DNA of 64,000 nucleotides from Legionella sp. (GTDB lineage Bacteria; Pseudomonadota; Gammaproteobacteria; Legionellales; Legionellaceae): NCBI RefSeq assembly GCF_031291095.1, contig NZ_JARLJR010000008.1; one strand, 5' to 3'. Shown piece by piece: positions 58,137 to 64,000 of this stretch (position 1 is its first letter; each line of letters starts with the position of its first letter). The notes under the pieces were generated by a model. It saw only the letters and a program-made list of their open reading frames with translations, ran no database searches and was not told where the DNA came from. The position numbers and the translations under genes were made by a program.

Positions 58137-59417
58137 TTAGTGTAATTTAGCCGCTACTTTATTTCTCAACTCTAGAGCATGAAGAATTGATACATAACTC
58201 CAGGTTAATGATTTGGCTCCTTGTTGAACTCCTGTATTTAAATTAATTTGCTCTGCTAAATTCATGTCTGGTGCATATTTTTTGATAAGTTCTAAATAGG
58301 AATCGCCTGTTTCGATGTATTTTTTCATCAGTGCGTGTTGGTTTTGTTTCGCAGATAGCATATCGGCTAAGGTGTAATAATACTCAGCCATGGTTGCGGT
58401 TAAAATAAACCAGGGATTGCCTTGGCTATTGGTTTGATAGCCATCATAGGTATCACCAGGATAACGACCGAACAAAATAGCCCCTGAATTATTCTCATTG
58501 ATGGGGAACATTTGATTAAATTGTTTATGTAGGGCATTAATGGTTTTTTCAACATAAATACTGTTAGGAGCGAGTAGTCCTCGTTGAGGGTTAAATAATA
58601 TACCCAAGATTACTGCTGAATCCAGCTCCATCGTCTTTTGCGGGCCTAAATGAGGAGGAAGGGTGGCTTGGATCAGTTGATTTTTTTGATCCAAATGTTG
58701 AAACAAACGAAAGTCCATCAGTCGAGCTTGCTGTTCATAATAAAGAGCAGCGCGCTCGTCATCCATACGGCGAGCAAGCGCGGCGCCATCAAGCAAGGCC
58801 TTTTGCTGTACCATGGTGGTGAAAAAATGATTACCATAAACCTCTTCCCAGAGGTCAAAGTTTTCATCAGTCCAGTGATGGGCTATGTATTCTAAGTCTA
58901 ACTTAATCACGCTCATTCCGCGTGGGTCCATGCCGGTGTTATACAAATACGTTTGTACGTACTCTACTTCATGTTGGTTTAATAATTGCTGGGCAAAACG
59001 AATTAATGCGGTTGCCCTTATTGCCGGACCATCATTTTGCGGTCTACCCCAGGAACCATCAAAGGGATAACCGTTAATATAGAACTTAGGTTCACCTAGA
59101 ATATCATGTCCGGGGAGGGGATCGTTTTGATGTTGTATCATTCGCGTCCATGAAACATAATGAAATAAACGCTCTTTATTTGCTGCGGAATGATTTTCCT
59201 CATACCAGCTTTCAATTAAATTCATGGCAATGGCGGAATCGCGGACCCAGTCATAATAATAGTTGGGATTTTGTTGCGAGGGTGAGGCGACAATTGCGCC
59301 GTTAGGATGAATGTTTGCTAAAAAATTTGTTTTTAATTGGCTAACTTCTTCTGGACTAAATACTGCACCAACAGCTTGTGTAACAATAAATAGCCATAAA
59401 ATAAATATCCGTTTCAC
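58137..59417 (-). CDS. gamA: Secreted glucoamylase (GH15)
   Basis: YYDWVRDSA, WGRPQNDGPA, DLWEE, LTWSY; GTG 59417 with AGGAGG RBS gives a signal peptide (track extends to 59585). Confidence 0.88.
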   Translation of the reverse strand: MKRIFILWLFIVTQAVGAVFSPEEVSQLKTNFLANIHPNGAIVASPSQQNPNYYYDWVRDSAIAMNLIESWYEENHSAANKERLFHYVSWTRMIQHQNDPLPGHDILGEPKFYINGYPFDGSWGRPQNDGPAIRATALIRFAQQLLNQHEVEYVQTYLYNTGMDPRGMSVIKLDLEYIAHHWTDENFDLWEEVYGNHFFTTMVQQKALLDGAALARRMDDERAALYYEQQARLMDFRLFQHLDQKNQLIQATLPPHLGPQKTMELDSAVILGILFNPQRGLLAPNSIYVEKTINALHKQFNQMFPINENNSGAILFGRYPGDTYDGYQTNSQGNPWFILTATMAEYYYTLADMLSAKQNQHALMKKYIETGDSYLELIKKYAPDMNLAEQINLNTGVQQGAKSLTWSYVSILHALELRNKVAAKLH

Positions 59418-59606
59418 TCTAATCCTCCTGATAAAAAATAAATTTAAAAGTGCAATTTTCGTCATAGTACATGAAAATTTGGATGTAGAGTAGTGGGTAA
59501 TGTGTCTGTTCAAGAAGTCGCCGATTGCAGACAGCAAGCATTGACTAAGTATAGTGATTTTTAAGGATAACCTGGTTGCAAGCAACCAGGTTATGTCTAG
59601 TGTCTT

Positions 59607-60596
59607 TTACTCAGAAACAATATCTGCGATTGCTTTTACCCATAGGGGATGTTCATTTAAACAGGGCACTACAATTAACTGTGTTCCGCCTAAAGCGAGC
59701 CATTGCTGTTGTGCACGAATGCGGATCTCTTCTAATGTTTCAAGACAGTCAGCGACAAAGGAAGGGCAGGCTATCACTAATTTTTTAATTCCTTGAGCCG
59801 CAAGTCGGTTGAGTATTTCATCAGTATACGGTTTTATCCAAGGGGTTCTACCTAATCGAGACTGGAATGCCGTACTGTATTGCTGCTCGGATAATTGCAG
59901 TTCTTTAGCTAATAAGCGACTGCTTTGGTGGCATTGGGCTTTATAACAACCTTGGTTCTGCTCGGAGGTCACAGGGCAGGTATCAATACAGACTGATTTG
60001 CAATCATTTTTAGTAATTTGGCGCTCAGGAATTCCATGATAACTAAAAAGAAGATGCTCATATTCGTTAAGCTGCTCGCTAATCACCGCAGTTTGTGCCT
60101 TGATATAGGCTGGGTGTTGAAAAAAATCACGGATCACAGTTATCGAGGGAATTAGGTCCCATGAACTAATAACTTTCAGCGCTTCTTCAATAGATGAGCC
60201 ACTGGCGGCTGAAGAATATTGTGGATATAAAGGTAAAATAGTAATAGAGTCGCAATGCCTGAGCTGATTTAATTGCTCAGTAAGTGACGGTTCACCATAA
60301 CGCATCCCCAAGACTACTTCATACTTAGAGCCTAATTCTTGTTGAACTTGGGTTAGTAAGTTTTGGCTATGCCACAGCAGTGGGGAGCCCCGCTCGGTCC
60401 AAATTGCTTGATAGGCATGGGCGGATCGTTTTGCTCGAAAGGGCAGTATAAAGACATACACCAGGATATAACGAAGTAGCACAGGCAAATCAATAACCCG
60501 TTTGTCTGTTAAAAATGCACGTAAATAGCTACGAACGTCAGGGACATGCGGGGTTTTAGGTGTCCCTAGATTAATAAGTAATAAACCACGTCTCAT
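59607..60596 (-). CDS. hemH: Ferrochelatase
   Basis: LLINLGTP, GMRYGEP, PLYPQYS, FSYHGIP, FQSRLG, FVADCLETLEE. Confidence 0.97.
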   Translation of the reverse strand: MRRGLLLINLGTPKTPHVPDVRSYLRAFLTDKRVIDLPVLLRYILVYVFILPFRAKRSAHAYQAIWTERGSPLLWHSQNLLTQVQQELGSKYEVVLGMRYGEPSLTEQLNQLRHCDSITILPLYPQYSSAASGSSIEEALKVISSWDLIPSITVIRDFFQHPAYIKAQTAVISEQLNEYEHLLFSYHGIPERQITKNDCKSVCIDTCPVTSEQNQGCYKAQCHQSSRLLAKELQLSEQQYSTAFQSRLGRTPWIKPYTDEILNRLAAQGIKKLVIACPSFVADCLETLEEIRIRAQQQWLALGGTQLIVVPCLNEHPLWVKAIADIVSE

Positions 60597-60778
60597 TAGA
60601 CAATATTGACCTTAAGAAAATTAGGGTCATCATACCTGAAGATAGTTCTGAATTCAGTAACTGTGGCGAATTTAGTCGAAGCGGCATTATTAATTAACAT
60701 ACGTTTGGCATAAAAGGCAGATAAATGACCTTTATGGTGCGAAACGAAGTTAGGCAATTACAACGCCGCGTTAGCTGA

Positions 60779-61012
60779 TTAGGCCATTTCTAATTCGGCA
60801 GCTTCTTCAGTGACTACAAACACATTTGCTGCATGAAGACCTTTATCACCTTGTCCCTCTTCATAGGTTACTACCTGTCCAGGAACTAATGTCTTATAGC
60901 CAGTGCCATGAATTGATGAAAAGTGAACAAAAATATCATCGCCACCTTGTTCTGGAATAATAAATCCCCATCCTTTGGCATTATTAAACCATTTAACTTC
61001 GCCCCTAGCCAT
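60779..61012 (-). CDS. cspD: Cold-shock domain protein CspD
   Basis: GEVKWFNNAKGWGFI, DIFVHFS; ATG 61012 with AAGGAG RBS. Confidence 0.9.
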   Translation of the reverse strand: MARGEVKWFNNAKGWGFIIPEQGGDDIFVHFSSIHGTGYKTLVPGQVVTYEEGQGDKGLHAANVFVVTEEAAELEMA

Positions 61013-61393
61013 ATCAAATTCTCCTTTTGCTCTAGTTCTCAATTGCTGCAATGTACTGAGCAATTGTATTCCTTTGTCCTTAAATGAAGCCTAATCGTGT
61101 AATTAGGTAGTTTTACCATAACGTAAAATGCACTCACTACTCAATAGAATTTTCGGTGTAGAGGATAAATTTTTTTAAATGCACGCTGAACTAAGTTATT
61201 TGAAGACAGTTTGTATATTTAGTAATAATTAATCGTTCACTCACGCGCTCACATCAGAACCATTGCATGGACAAACAAAAATCATTCAAAGAGCACTTGA
61301 CAGGATTGCGCTATTCCTCTGAATATAGAATCAGAGCTTGAAGAGGATGTAATAAAACTCGTTGGGTGATTCGGAGTTTGGAGAACTTGGTTC

Positions 61394-61426
61394 CTTAATA
61401 GTTTCTTAAGCTATTTGTGTTATCTT
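61394..61426 (+). promoter_or_regulatory. PmrA-type tandem box plus -10 element
   Basis: cTTAATagT-tt-cTTAAGctA (61394-61413), 7 nt, TATCTT (61421-61426); same geometry as the box before the sdhA-like gene. Confidence 0.7.
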
Positions 61427-61458
61427 AGAAGTTATATGTGTCGCAAGAGGAGTTTCTG

Positions 61459-61671
61459 ATGAGCAGTCATGCTAGAATATTAGGAAGATTAGGCCTATCT
61501 ACCGCTGTTGAGTCGCGGCACGCCGAAAAAGCAGATGTTGAATCTGAACTGCAAAGCTATGACACCCCCCAATTAACTCTGTCAGCCAGACCTGAGCCTG
61601 ATATGAAAAATGTATTAATGAATGCTCTAGGTGGACCCTCTAAAAAATTAACCCCAATGGATAAGCGCTAG
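61459..61671 (+). CDS. Small hydrophilic protein upstream of icmT (70 aa; possible Dot/Icm substrate)
   Basis: ATG 61459 with GAGGAG RBS; PmrA-type box upstream. Confidence 0.7.
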   Translation: MSSHARILGRLGLSTAVESRHAEKADVESELQSYDTPQLTLSARPEPDMKNVLMNALGGPSKKLTPMDKR

Positions 61672-61758
61672 GAAATACAAACTGCAGCTTGTTTTCATCG
61701 CATCGCATCTATAGAAATCAAGCCGCACAAAAACTAGCATTTTGAAGCGTCTTAGGTA

Positions 61759-61764
61759 TATACT
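61759..61764 (+). promoter_or_regulatory. TATACT -10 element upstream of icmT
   Basis: TATAYT element described for icm/dot promoters; the same hexamer precedes icmP at 63707. Confidence 0.45.
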
Positions 61765-61801
61765 TTTTCCATAGATAATTATTTTTTTGAGGTATAAGTA
61801 T

Positions 61802-62065
61802 ATGGCTGCTGGGGGCTTTGCTGAAACAGCGCACTGGAGGGATTCTGCGCGTAGTGCTCGTTTCTTTCTGGTGGATGCACGTGCTGCGTTTCCTTTATTT
61901 ATATTTCTAATGCATATTCGAGTTTGGACTGGAGTTCTTGTACTTATTTCCGCAATTTTTTTTGGTATCATCGAACATTATGGTTTTACTGTGCCGGTCT
62001 TTTTACGTTGGATAAGAGGTTCCCTAGCCGGAAGTCTTAAGTCTGCACAACCATGGTGGCGGTGA
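61802..62065 (+). CDS. icmT: Dot/Icm T4BSS protein IcmT (TraK family)
   Basis: AHWRDSARSARFF.VDARAAFP, YGFTVPVFLRW, PWWR. Confidence 0.96.
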   Translation: MAAGGFAETAHWRDSARSARFFLVDARAAFPLFIFLMHIRVWTGVLVLISAIFFGIIEHYGFTVPVFLRWIRGSLAGSLKSAQPWWR

Positions 62066-62068
62066 TAA

Positions 62069-62413
62069 ATGGAACGAACGATTAGTCAATGTATGGGTAT
62101 TATTGCGGCAAGCATGAATGCCAAGTTTTATTTGAATGACCGATTTGTAAGTTATGATGAAGTATTCGCAGAGACAGGTTTATTACCTGCAATTGCCAAG
62201 CGAGCAGATCAATTATGTTCTTTATGCTTAGGTTATGGCTTGGGTGCAACATTTGATGAGTCGGAAGGAGCTTTATTAGGGTTGCGTGTTGTCTTTGATG
62301 AAGTGACTCCTAATGTTTTGCGTTTGTTGTGTATGACAGATGTAGTAAATGAATTAATTCAAGGTGGTCCTAGTAAAGACTATACTCCCTTGGATGAGTT
62401 AATGTATGACTAA
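62069..62413 (+). CDS. icmS: Dot/Icm adaptor IcmS
   Basis: ASMNAKFYLNDRFVS, KRADQLCSLCLGYGLG, DYTPLDELMYD. Confidence 0.98.
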   Translation: MERTISQCMGIIAASMNAKFYLNDRFVSYDEVFAETGLLPAIAKRADQLCSLCLGYGLGATFDESEGALLGLRVVFDEVTPNVLRLLCMTDVVNELIQGGPSKDYTPLDELMYD

Positions 62414-62435
62414 GCGTGTCATTTTTAAGTGAATT

Positions 62436-62451
62436 GTAAAGAATTCGAAAG
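62436..62451 (+). promoter_or_regulatory. CpxR-type box upstream of the fir/icmR gene
   Basis: GTAAA-gaattc-GAAAG; TATAAT at 62475-62480. Confidence 0.7.
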
Positions 62452-62531
62452 TAAATTGAAATTTGAGTTCACTTTATAATTTGTTTTGTTAGACTCAGGT
62501 TATAGGTATAAGTTTTTCGAGGAGCAGTAAT

Positions 62532-62879
62532 ATGGCAGCGTTAGATAAATATAGAATTACTCTTTTCCAAACGAGCGGTGTGACTTCTGCTAATGGGTTG
62601 GCTTCTGTAAGTGCAATGGTTCCAATGACACCTGAAGATGCGCATCGGATAGTAGTTAATCCTGTGCATACTGCAAAGACACAGACAGAAAAGGCTGCAC
62701 ACGTTCGATCTGATTTTGAGCCTAATCAAAAAGCTGCTGAAATTTTAAATACCTGTTATAACCGAGTAAATGCTGTTGTGAATAATAAGTATGCAGCAGA
62801 AGAAAAAATCACAGCGGAACAGGAATTCACAACTGAGGCAGATGAAGCAGTCGTGTCAACTCCTTCTTATAGAAGATAA
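62532..62879 (+). CDS. FIR protein (functional homologue of IcmR)
   Basis: Exactly between icmS and icmQ; 115 aa; GAGGAG RBS; CpxR-type box; hypervariable sequence as expected for FIR. Confidence 0.85.
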   Translation: MAALDKYRITLFQTSGVTSANGLASVSAMVPMTPEDAHRIVVNPVHTAKTQTEKAAHVRSDFEPNQKAAEILNTCYNRVNAVVNNKYAAEEKITAEQEFTTEADEAVVSTPSYRR

Positions 62880-62938
62880 TAAATGTTCGTGGCTTAATTC
62901 GAGAGGTTATGCCTCTCATTAGATAGAGTGTTGGTGTT

Positions 62939-63514
62939 ATGAAAGAGATACTCTCAGAGCAACAAAATGATGCGATCCTCCAGGCGTTGGATGAGGCGAT
63001 TAGCAATGGCCCCTGGGAGGAGTCTAATTTCCTGCGCGCCATTGGTAAAAATTTAAATGACATTCGCGAAAACTTTGTCAATCAGCTTGGCACGCGTACT
63101 AAGGCACAAATTCAAGCCGAAACTCAATTAGCAAATCGCATGGCGCTAAGAAGTGGACAGCAAGAAGTGTTTGTATCACTTTATTCGTCTGATGGGTCAA
63201 ATATCCAATCGTGGGAGCGTATTGTTGCTAATTTACCGCGACAAATGATTTCGCGTCCTATCTATGCTACTGAAGAACATGCAAAAGCAATAATAAAAAC
63301 TAAAGAAAACAAGATCAATGAAGCTTATTTAGGTATTTTTATTAATCAAAGTGGCGTCATTTCTCTTCCTCCTGATAAAGCCTTATCCGATAAGTTAGGT
63401 AATTTTTTACTCACTTTGAAGGATAGAACTCTAGATCTAGATAATATCAGCCGTTTTGTGCACGTGTCTGGTGTGTATCGCTATGAGCGTGGTCGTTTAC
63501 TCAAAGAAGCATAA
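62939..63514 (+). CDS. icmQ: Dot/Icm protein IcmQ
   Basis: AILQALDEAI..GPWEESNFLRAIGKNL, VSLYSSDGSNIQSWERI..NLPRQMISRPIY. Confidence 0.96.
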   Translation: MKEILSEQQNDAILQALDEAISNGPWEESNFLRAIGKNLNDIRENFVNQLGTRTKAQIQAETQLANRMALRSGQQEVFVSLYSSDGSNIQSWERIVANLPRQMISRPIYATEEHAKAIIKTKENKINEAYLGIFINQSGVISLPPDKALSDKLGNFLLTLKDRTLDLDNISRFVHVSGVYRYERGRLLKEA

Positions 63515-63585
63515 GCTTAGGTCGCGTTCAATAGCCGCTCTTTATTCTAATTTCCTCCGCGAGCGAGAGCAAATGTTATCCCGAA

Positions 63586-63640
63586 CGTAGCCATATTGGC
63601 GCAATATGGGCTACGTCGTTGATTTAACTTAATGGCAGTG
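63586..63640. repeat. GTAGCC-type palindrome joined to the TTTAACTTAATGGCAGTG end motif
   Basis: CGTAGCC-ATATTG-GCG-CAATAT-G-GGCTACG (63586-63615), then an 18-mer identical to 44803-44820. Confidence 0.7.
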
Positions 63641-63706
63641 GGGCCGGGGAGAAGGGTACTATCATTTTTCCCCTTGAATTTCTCGCAAAAATGCCTCAGG
63701 GCAGTA

Positions 63707-63712
63707 TATACT
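63707..63712 (+). promoter_or_regulatory. TATACT -10 element upstream of icmP
   Basis: TATAYT element, 32 nt before ATG 63745. Confidence 0.45.
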
Positions 63713-63744
63713 TGAATTAATGAAACTAAGATAAGAGCGTATTA

Positions 63745-64000
63745 ATGGCTCAACAATCGCAACAACAAGGCACAGATAGTGGTATGGCTCCCGTATGGAT
63801 TACGGTGCTGCTGTTTATTACTGTATTTCTGGTTTGGAAAACAGGGCATCAATATATTGTGATGATTGTTTTTCAAATAAATATCCTGCAAGCCAAATTA
63901 GTGAATTTGTTCATTCATAGCGAGCAATTAACCAGCTTAATCTATCTGATGCAAACAATCGATCCAAATGCGGTAGACTGGGATCAGCTGGCGGATACTA
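63745..64000 (+). CDS. icmP: IcmP/DotM, 5' part (runs off the window)
   Basis: Not in track; hand translation MAQQSQQQGTDSGMAPVWITVLLFITVFLVWKTGHQYIVMIVFQINILQAKLV...; expected position after icmQ. Confidence 0.9.
   Translation, partial: MAQQSQQQGTDSGMAPVWITVLLFITVFLVWKTGHQYIVMIVFQINILQAKLVNLFIHSEQLTSLIYLMQTIDPNAVDWDQLADT

Noticed and set aside
61140-61390. Possible RsmY/Z-type sRNA (several GGA motifs) between cspD and the small ORF
   Set aside because: The only LetA-box-like string (AGAATTTTCG) is a poor match, GGA motifs are not clearly in hairpin loops, and no terminator is seen
61648-61971. Minus-strand 107-aa ORF over icmT and other short antisense ORFs in the track
   Set aside because: Overlap well-supported genes on the opposite strand and lack recognisable motifs or RBS
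21280-63640. Palindromic repeats as a CRISPR array
   Set aside because: Copies are dispersed singly or as doublets, not regularly spaced with unique spacers, and no cas genes are present
1-64000. tRNA, rRNA, integrase, transposase or prophage genes
   Set aside because: No characteristic motifs found in ORFs or intergenic gaps by eye; a tRNAscan/Infernal run would be needed to exclude small RNAs fully

Overview
A ~40% GC chromosomal segment from a Legionella species, identified by icmT-icmS-fir(icmR position)-icmQ-icmP(partial) of the Dot/Icm type IVB secretion locus at the right end and an SdhA-family effector. The backbone is housekeeping: uvrA, lemA-htpX, YadGH-type ABC transporter, ogt, rplS-trmD-rimM-rpsP-ffh, cytochrome oxidase assembly genes, rimK, the Entner-Doudoroff operon with sugar porter, glucoamylase, hemH and cspD. 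Two multi-gene modules stand out. (1) A tightly coupled six-gene operon: GT4 glycosyltransferase, sphingomyelin-synthase-like phosphotransferase, KAS III, extended SDR, MBL hydrolase and an adenylate-forming enzyme. The last gene is missing from the ORF track because it runs off the left edge. The operon is divergent from a tripartite RND pump and looks like an uncharacterised lipid pathway. (2) An outer-membrane beta-barrel, CHASE2 adenylate cyclase and FecR-domain trio that looks like a trans-envelope cAMP signalling system. Also notable are an SdhA enlarged by internal duplications, several orphan effector candidates, two PmrA-type boxes with identical geometry, a CpxR-type box before the fir gene, and several families of REP-like palindromes in many intergenic gaps. 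No tRNA, rRNA, CRISPR array or transposase was seen. All family calls come from reading motifs by eye. L. pneumophila locus tags are recalled from memory and need checking by search.
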